IMG/VR virus record: IMGVR_UViG_3300010355_001062
Location: 1 to 64,000 of that record
Source of the DNA: a virus
Lineage: Duplodnaviria > Caudoviricetes
Strand: one strand, 5' to 3'
Length of the DNA stretch: 64,000 bases
Shown here: in pieces, positions 47,281-57,500 of the stretch
Position numbering within the stretch: the stretch's first letter is position 1
Layout of the letters: every line of letters starts with the position of its first letter
Notes under the pieces: generated by a model
Databases searched by the model: none
Told to the model about the DNA's origin: nothing
What the model saw: the letters and a program-made list of their open reading frames with translations, nothing else
Position numbers and translations under genes: made by a program

Positions 47281-48471
47281 TTACTCGGTATACGCTTGAG
47301 CACCAGTTATGAAACGCAGATCAGCAACGCCTGTAGCGAACATAGCCTGAGAGCTGATGTAGATTTTGCCCTGATCCTTGATGTCCATGCTTTTTTGGAT
47401 CGTAACCGCGATCGGATCGTCCAGTGATGGAATATCGCCGAAATTGCCACCAAGGTTGATGTTGCGGCCCAATGTCAGGTAGGCGAAATGGTATTGCCCA
47501 GTCATGTACTGAGTATATTCATTTGCCTGAGCTTGTGGTATGAGTGGTACATTGTCTACGTAGTATACGTAGATGGTGCTACCCTTCCAAGCAAATTCCT
47601 TACGAGTAAGGCGCGGGTTAACACAGGTGATATTGATGCATTGCTCTCGGTATTGCTTAGCAGCCCGGTTGAGCATGCTAGGCGAGCAAACGATCATAGG
47701 GCTGGGTACAATGCCATTAATCATGGTACCACCTAAGCCGCCTTCATCCAGAGCATTTTGTAGCGGGCCTTTCGCTGCTTCCTGCAACATATCCTTTACA
47801 TCCACGATGTCACCTACGAAAGTGTTACCATCGAACATAGCGGCTGTGAAGAAATTGGGGATGTTCACATGGGAGTTACTGGGTTGAGCTCCTACAGTGC
47901 GCAGAAGTTCCAGCCAGCCTTTACATGTGCTGCTGGTGCGCACGATGAGGTCTTTAAGCTCATTGGTCACGCCGGCTTTCCAGGTAATATCGTTGAAATT
48001 GAACAATTGCCCAACAGCTAACAAATTACGAGCGGCCATCGTGTAGTTAGTGGTAAGCACGGTGTACATTTGGTTGATGATGGCGATACCAGCCGCATCG
48101 AGCTTGCGTTGGCCATTATTCCAAGTCCATAGTACCTTCAAACAGTCATTCAGCAATTCGTCATCACACAAGCCCTCATTGAGCTTTGCGTAACACGGTG
48201 AGATTTCGGTGCGATCCATACGGAGCGAGCCGGTTTCATCCCAACTACAGCTGGTATCAGGTTGCCACACAAAAGGGTGAGCATACATGCTGTGTAGCAC
48301 GTATTTCAGCATCTTGTTGAACGGCATCCAATTGAATATGCCGAAAGTTGCTTGGTAAAAATCCGAGTTGTCCCTGATCTCCTGGGCCATGAACATATTG
48401 AGCTCCCCTGTAGGAATCTCGATTGTGTTACGTGCACGAGTATAAAAGGGAGCGATACGCAATGGTTGCAT
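47281..48471 (-). CDS. Major capsid protein
   Basis: 396 aa, high-expression codon usage, immediately downstream of the protease/scaffold. Confidence 0.7.
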   Translation of the reverse strand: MQPLRIAPFYTRARNTIEIPTGELNMFMAQEIRDNSDFYQATFGIFNWMPFNKMLKYVLHSMYAHPFVWQPDTSCSWDETGSLRMDRTEISPCYAKLNEGLCDDELLNDCLKVLWTWNNGQRKLDAAGIAIINQMYTVLTTNYTMAARNLLAVGQLFNFNDITWKAGVTNELKDLIVRTSSTCKGWLELLRTVGAQPSNSHVNIPNFFTAAMFDGNTFVGDIVDVKDMLQEAAKGPLQNALDEGGLGGTMINGIVPSPMIVCSPSMLNRAAKQYREQCINITCVNPRLTRKEFAWKGSTIYVYYVDNVPLIPQAQANEYTQYMTGQYHFAYLTLGRNINLGGNFGDIPSLDDPIAVTIQKSMDIKDQGKIYISSQAMFATGVADLRFITGAQAYTE

Positions 48472-48500
48472 TTGATTGAAGTATTAATGCCAGAAAAATA

Positions 48501-49853
48501 TTAAGCATTAACGCGTACGCGTTCGCCGAATGCTTTTTCTGTAACGGTTAAGTAATGATTGTTGTCGCCACCATCGCCGCTTCCCTCGCTATTAGCGCTT
48601 TCCAGCACTCTCTTCGAGAGATTGGCTTGTGCTTCCTGTGAAGCAGCTAGCTGAGTTTCGAGAGCTGTCATGCGCTCCAGCAAGGCAGTATTGTCAACTA
48701 CGGCCGGTTTCGTTTTCAAAGCTGCCTCAAGACGTGTAGTCATATCAGCTAGGCGTTCTTCCATCGGAGCCGTAGCAGTAGCCACAGCTGCGTTAACGCT
48801 CTCTTCGAGGCTAGCCATGCCCTCAAGCGCAGTAACAGCTTGTGCCATACCTTCATCGGTGCCTGGTACATTAATGCCCAGCACACGCAATAACTGGTTG
48901 CTGAACCTCTGTTGTAAAGTCATATCGTTTGTATTTAGGTTATTAAAGTCATCCTCGTCGAATGAATCGTCTTCGTTACGAGCGGCTAGTGCTGGAGAAC
49001 TCGCACTAGAGCCGAGTAACATCGAGGTTATTTTAGTTACATCGCTATAACCATCAGCTAGCTCCATTGCCATTGCTGTATCTCCTATATATAATCGGCC
49101 CTTTAGTGTATCAAGGCTTACTTTAGGGCGACTAGCTTTTACTTTCTGATGGAACACAGAAGCTAGGGCTGTAAGACGCTTTTCGTATAAATCCGTCTTA
49201 CCATCGACTATTAATTGCCTGAATTCCTCATTTTTCTCTTGCGAATTACTAGCATAAACATCTAGCACATTCTCACGATATAACTTAAGCATTTCTTTAT
49301 CCAAAGAAGCCATTGCGCCGATAGAACCTAGGCTAGAGAACTCGCTTTGCATGAAGACTTTAGTAGCTGCGCTAGCCGTAAGGTAGGCAGCTGATGCAGC
49401 TAGATGCACTAATGCATATACAGGTTTAGTAAGATTTTTGACAGTTTCGTGCATCAAAGCTCCGGCCAGGGCTTCGCCACCACCTGAATTAATTTCGATC
49501 AGGTGCCCTGCTACTTCTGGCATAGCATCAGCATTGCGCAAAAACGAGGATAAAGTCTTAGCTCCAAATGTATAGGAGCCGTCTTCCATGCGCATTACAC
49601 CACTTAATGACAGATGGCTAATTAATGAATTAGCTACTTCGGACTTACCATCAGAACGCGCTCCAGCCATATTGACAATAACTGGTCGCACGGCTTCACG
49701 AATAGTTGAAAACCCTAGATCGGCATACGTTGCTCCTTTTTCTAGCAAATCAAGCTGTGCTAGATAAGCATTAAGCTGCTGTAGGCCCCATACGGGTTCT
49801 ATTAGCCATTCAGCTGAAAGTAATAGCGCGTCTATCTGTCTGTTAGTAATCAT
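48501..49853 (-). CDS. S49 (SppA-like) head maturation protease with a C-terminal scaffold region
   Basis: INSGGG, AASAAY, GSIG; coiled-coil C-terminus. Confidence 0.88.
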   Translation of the reverse strand: MITNRQIDALLLSAEWLIEPVWGLQQLNAYLAQLDLLEKGATYADLGFSTIREAVRPVIVNMAGARSDGKSEVANSLISHLSLSGVMRMEDGSYTFGAKTLSSFLRNADAMPEVAGHLIEINSGGGEALAGALMHETVKNLTKPVYALVHLAASAAYLTASAATKVFMQSEFSSLGSIGAMASLDKEMLKLYRENVLDVYASNSQEKNEEFRQLIVDGKTDLYEKRLTALASVFHQKVKASRPKVSLDTLKGRLYIGDTAMAMELADGYSDVTKITSMLLGSSASSPALAARNEDDSFDEDDFNNLNTNDMTLQQRFSNQLLRVLGINVPGTDEGMAQAVTALEGMASLEESVNAAVATATAPMEERLADMTTRLEAALKTKPAVVDNTALLERMTALETQLAASQEAQANLSKRVLESANSEGSGDGGDNNHYLTVTEKAFGERVRVNA

Positions 49854-49877
49854 AAGTATGTATTATCGATCATAGTA

Positions 49878-49909
49878 CAATGATAGACAATATACCTGAT
49901 AAATCCAAT
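49878..49909 (-). promoter_or_regulatory. Variant promoter upstream of the protease/capsid operon
   Basis: ATTG-N20-TATCATTG. Confidence 0.5.
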
Positions 49910-49940
49910 AGACGCGATATAATCTAGGGCTATTAGTAGC

Positions 49941-50189
49941 TCACAATTCATGCAGCTTCAATAATACTTTAATTTTAGCCGTACTAATGCCCACATACTC
50001 CGATATGCGTCTATGTGACCAATTCTTTCTACGATAATGTAGTATAACAGGATGTGCTAGGTAATCAGCCTGCATATCCTGAAAGAATAAATAAGTCTTT
50101 TCTGGTATATCTTCGAGTCGGTTAACTCTTATACCAGTTAACACAAAATAAGCCTCAAGGTATAAGGCTACTAGCTTTGCGGGTTCCAT
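49941..50189 (-). CDS. Small HTH protein
   Basis: WSHRRISEYVGISTAKIKVLL. Confidence 0.55.
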   Translation of the reverse strand: MEPAKLVALYLEAYFVLTGIRVNRLEDIPEKTYLFFQDMQADYLAHPVILHYRRKNWSHRRISEYVGISTAKIKVLLKLHEL

Positions 50190-50194
50190 ACTAT

Positions 50195-50383
50195 TTAATT
50201 TAATGAGTTAATCCACCATTGCATCCATGCTATATATGTAGCATTATCCAAGCAACTAGCGCAGCTGGCTACTCCAGTAGCTTGCAGAAATCGCTTAGCT
50301 TCTACGTGCTCTTCATTAAGCCATAATTGTAACAATTGCTCAGCTTGCTCAATAGTCAGCATGCTAAAATTATAAGTTTTCAT
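50195..50383 (-). CDS. Hypothetical protein (CASC motif)
   Basis: 62-aa ORF. Confidence 0.55.
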   Translation of the reverse strand: MKTYNFSMLTIEQAEQLLQLWLNEEHVEAKRFLQATGVASCASCLDNATYIAWMQWWINSLN

Positions 50384-53187
50384 ATAAAAGCATTTTTAGT
50401 TACTGTAGGGCACCCATCGCCGAATGTCACCTCGCGTTTAAATTCATAGGGATAAAAAGCGTAGGGATTAGTACGGCTATCGTCCAATACTTGTAGTATG
50501 CTAGAACACCCAGAACCTCCTATATAAATAAGCTTTATAGCTCTTTCAACGATACCAGCTGGCGTAGTACGCACAACATGTACTATAATTGTACCTTCGC
50601 CTGCTACTATACCTGTGCTGAAATCTACGCTAGTAACAACATCAGCAAACATAGTTATCAAAGCGCCGGTGTTGTCCAGTAAGTGCACTGAGCCTAATAT
50701 ATCACCACAGCCCGAGGCATTTGTAATAGTTATGATACCACCAGTGCAGCTATATGTGAAGTCCATGAATTCGCGCACTTCACAACCACATAATGGTGCT
50801 GTATACTCTAGCCATATGCTATCGCCGACTTTACGATAATATAGCTTATCAGTCAAGCTAGGTGAAGTTATACCAGCTGTCGGATACGCTAATATGCAAT
50901 TGGTATCACGTGTAAGCTCGAAATTGGGTTCATTATCACAATTATATACAGGATCGCATATCGCATATAACTCGTTCTGTGGCCTAAAAGTAGCATCCGC
51001 TTTAGTGCCTGAATATTTATCCAAGCTAAGTAACCGCGCTACCATGTATGTATTGCTAACCTTGATATTGAAGAACCGTCGCATATCGGTCATATCAAAA
51101 TCAATTGGATTTTGCAACAACTGAATATCAAACTCTTCGTTACTAGCTAATTCTGCGAGAAAGCTACGCCAGAATGTACGTGATAAATCCTGAGCATTAA
51201 AATCATACGCAACATTCTGTAAAGCTACTGTAGCTGTCGGGCTAGAACCCAGAGCTTGAGTATTATACATAAAAGCGTACGGTATATTAGTTTCTATACC
51301 GGATTTGAATTTCCATTGCGCTACTATATCATTGCCGAAGCTATCTTTACCCCTATACTGCGGTGTTAGCCCGTAAGCTGTCAGCAAGCGCGGTTTTATC
51401 TTATTAGCTACTTTGAAATCCGCGCTATCCCAACACGCTGGTATCACTACAGAAGTATCTATAGTAGGTGCAAGTATATTAGTGTGCTGTAAATCTGTAG
51501 CTTGGATATTCTCAGTAGCTTCAAAGAACGGATTATTATTATACTCAGTGTCCTCTTCGTATCTAGTACCGAAATCAAGCCTACGAGCTTTGACTGGATT
51601 ATCATTGTCGAAACCGCGCGATTTCACATATTCATCATCTGGATTACTGTAGCCTAACGAATAGTAGCGTTTATCTACTATACGTCTGTATGTGAATTTG
51701 TAGGATGTGCAATCATAAGCTGCATCTACAGTTTGTGATTTGTAGAAAGCCTCCGGCCTTTGCCCGTCGAATAGCTCAGTAGCGTCTGACTGGTATAACC
51801 ATACTGTTCTGGTAAATTCATCAGATACCAATTTACCTTGTACCGCGTGGACTACGCCTTGTACAAATTTTTCGAACTCTAGCGAACAATCAAGCCAAGC
51901 TCGCAATAATACCAACATACCAGCTTGTAATTTCACGCTTACTGGATTAGCTTTCACAAATCCATTACTTATGCGATATATACCAAGCCCTGAACCACCA
52001 CTAGTGAAAAATACTGTTGTAGTGAAAGCTACACGCCAATTAGGGTTTATATCCAGCTCAGGCGTAGTCCAACGGAATTTACGCACATCGTTAGTTGATA
52101 TAAACTGCGGTGAGTTTATGGAGCCTACTAAAGCTCCAGGAAATGGTATAGTTGGGTCAAACACTAACATGGTAGCCTGAATTATAACAGTATCTCCGTA
52201 ATCTCTGGTGTCGAGATCGAATTCTATATCAAAAGAATATTTTCCAGACAAGCCACGTAAATAATAATAATTGAAGCCACCGTCTACTCTTATATCACCC
52301 GCTGTATTAGCTATATAAAAGCCAGCATCCGTACCTAACACGCTAGTATCAAGAAATTGTAGCTCGTCGGTGGGAGCTACCCATACTGGATTACCTGGCA
52401 AGCTTGGTGGATAGCCTGCTCCTACATTTAAGTAACTCTCAGTCTGGTACGCGGCTACTTTAAAACTTTCTAACGAATTATTGCCGGATAGGTCGACTAG
52501 TAAATAAGCTATCAAGCTACGCCCATACTCAGTCTCCAGTATAGGCGATCTGAATTTATAGCCTAGCTTACAAAAACCACGTTGCAATAATGCAAGTATA
52601 TGTACAAATGGCCTGAAATCAGCTTCCGTAGCTGTACCCATCGACTGTAATAAATCATCATCGTAAATAGCGGGTATTGACCAATTACCATAATGTATTA
52701 ATGGATAGTAGTAACCAGCATCACCATCATTGTATATAGCATTATTAGCCCAGTTATTGCGCAGATTAGCTTCAGTTAGTAGAAAATTAGGGAAGTCTAT
52801 CTGGCACAGCTTTAGTTTCTTTATGGATATAGCCCAGAAGTCTTCGGGCATTACTAACTCGGCTTCAAAACCACGACGTGTTTTATTATACACACGCAGA
52901 AATATTTGAGGCAATAGTATACCATCATCCCAAGCTTGTACATAAAAGCCTTTGGTTCCTAAGCCCTTTTCAGCGCCTATTGCATTAGTTATAGCCCATG
53001 TATTCTTTTCAGTATGCACCAGAAAGAAACCTAACACACCTTCCGATGAAATACGCTCTAGCGATACCTGATCTACTTTTTTGCTACGTTCGAACTTAGG
53101 ACAGAAATCCAAGCTCAAACTACCATTAGCATCCAGAAAATGCTCAGGAGTGTTTTCTGGTGTATTAAGCAATATTATTCTGTTCAT
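50380..53187 (-). CDS. Tail/baseplate hub protein
   Basis: 935 aa, two genes after the tape measure; YYYPLIHYG and DFRPFV patterns. Confidence 0.65.
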   Translation of the reverse strand: MNRIILLNTPENTPEHFLDANGSLSLDFCPKFERSKKVDQVSLERISSEGVLGFFLVHTEKNTWAITNAIGAEKGLGTKGFYVQAWDDGILLPQIFLRVYNKTRRGFEAELVMPEDFWAISIKKLKLCQIDFPNFLLTEANLRNNWANNAIYNDGDAGYYYPLIHYGNWSIPAIYDDDLLQSMGTATEADFRPFVHILALLQRGFCKLGYKFRSPILETEYGRSLIAYLLVDLSGNNSLESFKVAAYQTESYLNVGAGYPPSLPGNPVWVAPTDELQFLDTSVLGTDAGFYIANTAGDIRVDGGFNYYYLRGLSGKYSFDIEFDLDTRDYGDTVIIQATMLVFDPTIPFPGALVGSINSPQFISTNDVRKFRWTTPELDINPNWRVAFTTTVFFTSGGSGLGIYRISNGFVKANPVSVKLQAGMLVLLRAWLDCSLEFEKFVQGVVHAVQGKLVSDEFTRTVWLYQSDATELFDGQRPEAFYKSQTVDAAYDCTSYKFTYRRIVDKRYYSLGYSNPDDEYVKSRGFDNDNPVKARRLDFGTRYEEDTEYNNNPFFEATENIQATDLQHTNILAPTIDTSVVIPACWDSADFKVANKIKPRLLTAYGLTPQYRGKDSFGNDIVAQWKFKSGIETNIPYAFMYNTQALGSSPTATVALQNVAYDFNAQDLSRTFWRSFLAELASNEEFDIQLLQNPIDFDMTDMRRFFNIKVSNTYMVARLLSLDKYSGTKADATFRPQNELYAICDPVYNCDNEPNFELTRDTNCILAYPTAGITSPSLTDKLYYRKVGDSIWLEYTAPLCGCEVREFMDFTYSCTGGIITITNASGCGDILGSVHLLDNTGALITMFADVVTSVDFSTGIVAGEGTIIVHVVRTTPAGIVERAIKLIYIGGSGCSSILQVLDDSRTNPYAFYPYEFKREVTFGDGCPTVTKNAFI

Positions 53188-54584
53188 CGATCAAAGCGTA
53201 TATTAATGAAATAAGCGGTGTCGCGCTGATAGACCACGGTCTCGCCTGGTCGTAGATAGACATCTTTAAATCCTCCATTCTCATAAATCAAATATCTATC
53301 TGAGGCTAGAAACCTATACCAGCTAGCTCGAAACTCAGGAAAATTCCTACCTCTCATTGAAAGGATAAAATTTTCAGTTATTTCTTTGCGGGCTATTTTA
53401 TTTTTGCATGCATCACAATCAGCTGCTATTTCCAGCAACTCGTGACCGTCCTGAATAGCCATTTGATCATACTCGTCAAGCACGAATTGTTTCCAGCCAT
53501 TATCCAGATACCATACCGGCACGCATCTGCAATCCAAATCTTTGTAACGTACTACTAAACCTAGCGTTGGGTATATTGTAGTAGTGCCTAAGCCATCTAC
53601 GACATTAGCTCCAACAAAAACATGCCAATAACATGCATCAGTAGGTATGGCTATTGGGTAAGCTAGCGGTATCTGATATACACCGTCACCGCTCCATATA
53701 GCCGTAGTAGTTATAGTAGTCCTAACTCCTAGCTCATTATAGAAATCATACGCTATAACTAGATTATTCACACTATAGCCATATTCCTCCAGCGGTAATA
53801 TTAACCAACGTGATTCTATGGAACCAGGGCATATAGTAATCTCACGTTGCGGTACTAACCAAGGCCATTCACCAACTACGCCGCCGTTATTAGCATTATC
53901 ACCAAATATTAAATTAAAAACATTAGTTACATTAAATATACCGAAATCGGAACCACAAGCTACACCACGCTGTGAATCTCCATAGCGCACAAAGCCTGCT
54001 CTAGTAATATCGTAGTCGATAGCCGCTAGACCGTTAGTCACTATAGGAGCAGGCATTAACGGGTATTTGTATTCAAAGCACTGCCGTATAGATACGCCGT
54101 TAGAATATATTACCGGCACATTACTCATAGGCCCGTAAGGTTTATTATCTACAAATAGCTGGTAGTGCATACGATAACCTATCGGGGCATTCGGATTAGA
54201 GCCAGGATTTTGAGCTAGTACAGGCGGGAAGCTAAGTCCAGAAAAATCAAAAGTCCAGCTTGACTGAAATTCTTTTGTATAAGCCTCTAATAGTACTTGC
54301 CCTCCACCAATACTGGTAGCTATAGCACGTTGGAAAAATTCTGGTCTGGCATTTAACGCGGCAGCTAGATTTATAGCATTTGTACTACCTAGCGCTTGTG
54401 TGAGATCACACAATGGCCCGACTACTAATTTTACTCCAGCTACTGTTAGCATCTCATTGAGTACATTAGGCTCAGCATCATCGAATGTAATAAGTGCATA
54501 AGCTACTGTAGCTAGAAACTCGTTATCAAAGCATAATTTAGGGCATCCAGCCACATACTTAGGCGGTTGAGCTACTAGGTTCAT
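53184..54584 (-). CDS. Distal tail-like protein
   Basis: 466 aa directly after the tape measure. Confidence 0.55.
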   Translation of the reverse strand: MNLVAQPPKYVAGCPKLCFDNEFLATVAYALITFDDAEPNVLNEMLTVAGVKLVVGPLCDLTQALGSTNAINLAAALNARPEFFQRAIATSIGGGQVLLEAYTKEFQSSWTFDFSGLSFPPVLAQNPGSNPNAPIGYRMHYQLFVDNKPYGPMSNVPVIYSNGVSIRQCFEYKYPLMPAPIVTNGLAAIDYDITRAGFVRYGDSQRGVACGSDFGIFNVTNVFNLIFGDNANNGGVVGEWPWLVPQREITICPGSIESRWLILPLEEYGYSVNNLVIAYDFYNELGVRTTITTTAIWSGDGVYQIPLAYPIAIPTDACYWHVFVGANVVDGLGTTTIYPTLGLVVRYKDLDCRCVPVWYLDNGWKQFVLDEYDQMAIQDGHELLEIAADCDACKNKIARKEITENFILSMRGRNFPEFRASWYRFLASDRYLIYENGGFKDVYLRPGETVVYQRDTAYFINIRFDR

Positions 54585-57500
54585 CCTGTTATCAATTTTA
54601 GCCGTGCAAGACGCTCTTGAGCCGTGACTGCATCTTCTATGCCATCAACTATGCCGTCATGTGCAGCTGTTTGTAATCTATCGGCTATTATATTAGCCAT
54701 TAATTCTATTTGATCAGTGGTGAATAACGCTACGCTAGTAGTGCCTCTATCAGAATAAGACGACGGTGTACCGCCAGCGGGTAATACAAAGCCTCCAGTT
54801 GCGTAAGCTCTATAAGGCGCTCTGTCGCCCAGCCGTAAGCGCTCAGCAGCTCTAGCTAGAGCTGAACCTTCTGGCGTCATTAATACTCGCTTCGGCATTA
54901 CATATTCATCCTCGTGTACCACACCGACAGGACGATGGCCCGAGCTATCAGCTTTACCTTCGCCCTTTCCAGTATAACCACCTCCAGCAAATCCTTTGTT
55001 GCGTATATTGTTTACCTGTGTTTTATACTCTAAACTTAATGCTCCGATACGTATAGCTCTGTAAATAGCATCAAATGGTTGCACCAGCGATGATGGAGCT
55101 ATAAGTATATTTATGATACCCTGAGCATAAGCTATAGCAGCTGCCGCTATCTCGTATTTCTTGCGTTGTTCGAATTCTTTCTTACGTAACTCCTCATTCT
55201 TCTTAGCTTTCTCTTCCTCAAGCCGTGTGATCTCTTCTTTGTTACCACGAGCTTTTTCGATCTGCCTATCGTAGTAAGCATCTGACTCTAAGCGCTGGCG
55301 TTCAAATACTGAGCCTATATAATCGGATATAGCTGTAGCTGATTCTTTAGCTACATCCAACCACATATTTACCTCTTCTAGTTCAGCTATCGTTTCCTCG
55401 CTAAACCCATTAGAGCTACGTCGTGCTTTACGCTCGTTTTCGTGGGCTTCTTGTAGCTGAGCTATAGTATCTAAATGCTGTATAGTCAGCTCTTGCTCCT
55501 CTTCTAGCGATCCTTTAAAGTTTTTCAACTTTTCTTGGATCAGGAAAGCTTCTAAAGCTAGTTCTATTACAATTCTTTGAGCATTATATAACTCCTCGTC
55601 CCTAGTTTTAATCCCTATTATACGCTTATTAGCATTTATACGAGCTTCCGATTCACGACGTATTGCATTCGGGTCTAGTGCACCGAGATCAGCGCGTTTC
55701 GCTGCTAGATCATTCTCTATTTTTAAGTACTCGTCTGAGCCTTCTTGAAATAAGCGCTTGCGATTCTCTAGTAGCTGTATATCAGCAGTCAGATTTATAG
55801 CTTTCAGCTCTATCTGTAGCTCTTTCTCTACTTTTATGCGCTCATTAGCTGAACGAATAGCTAGCTGGCGCTGTTGTTCGACTACATTATTATCCGGCTC
55901 CAGGTCTGTTTCTAACACGGCTGTGAAATCAGCATTAGCCGCAGCTCTCTGTAGTCGTTTTATAGCGTTCTCTGCTTCGGTTAGTTGTTGTTGAGCTTTT
56001 GTGAGATCAGGTATTATTTGACCTACTTTGTCGGAATCAGCTTTGTTTAACTCTTCTTGTAAGCGTTTTACTAACTTAGTATAAGTCTCAATCGAGGTGC
56101 TTACTTCACCTAAACTGGAAGCACGCGCATCTAACAAAGCTTTCCATTCCTTTTCAGCTTTTGTTACCTGATCGGTAAGTGTAAAGTAGTTCTTTAGTTG
56201 TTCTGCATAAGGTTTACCTGCAAGTATATTATCCTGAATTTCGCCTTCAAGCCGACTTAACTCAGCTCGCATTTTCTCCAAACCCTGAGCTGCCGAGTCG
56301 GTATAGTCAAAAGCACTGAATGTACGATTAGATTTACGTCTAGTACGATCCAAGTCGAATTTATCCTGTGTTATATTTGTACCGGGTTTACCTAGTGCTT
56401 TATTTATTATGTCAGTAGCTGCAGCAGTCCCTCTTTGAAGTTTAGTTAAGTCTACTTTGAATATTTTATCCATAAAGCTTTCGCCCTGACCGGTAACCGA
56501 GCCTAGACCTAAGCTTTTTAGATTAGCTTCATTAGCTTTAAGATAAGCAGCTGTAGCTTCGCGCTGTCTTCTAGCTTCCTCAGCTTGAAGTGTAGCCGCT
56601 TTGCGTATTTCATCTTCACGTATAGCTTGGCGCTTTTCTGACTCCCGTCTTACTATCTCAGTATGTTCAGCTTCAGTTCTACCGGCTATCGTTGTGTAAT
56701 TATTACCTACCGATTCTATAGTCTGGCTAAAATTCTCTGATTCGAAACCAGCCTTAAACGCTTTACCTAAGTTCTTACCCAAATTACCTATGTTCTTAAA
56801 GAACTCGATAGGATTTGTGATGAATTGCCCGATAGTTTTAGCCAATTCTAGTACCACTGCAGTCACCCCACGAATGCCCTTAGAAAAATTGCTTGTGCCA
56901 TTAGCTGCCAGTAATAATCCTGATATTAGCGCACCTATAGCTGTAATTACAATACCAATCGGATTGGCATTCATAGCTATATTAAGCAAAGTCTGAGCAA
57001 AAGCAGCTAAACGCAATGCTGCATTAGATTTTAACAATGCTGCTATATAATTAGGTATAGCTGATATAGCGGCTACAATTAATTGTCTATTCTGTATGGT
57101 AATAGCCAGGGTTAAAGCACCCAAGAATGGCAATAACTTGGTTATAGTGGAACCTATACTAGCCAGTAATTGCTCAGCAGGCCCCAAATATTGAATCCAA
57201 CTAGCAAACCCACCGACTAAATCAGCTACAGCCCGTATCATTGCTGATAAAGGCTTTTCAACTAACAAACCTAGCGTGATACCCAATGTTTCAGTAGCTC
57301 CTTGTAGCTGATCCACTGAACCCTTTAGGTCTAAACGCATCTTATCGGCAGCAGCTTTGGAAGCTCCTTCGACATTATAAAGTTCAGCAATTAATTTTTC
57401 TACCTCCCCACGCTGTTCCGCTAGTGTTAATGCTACAACCGAAGCATCTTTTCCGAATATAGCGTTAGCCGTTGATAGCTTATTCTCAGATGCTAGAATG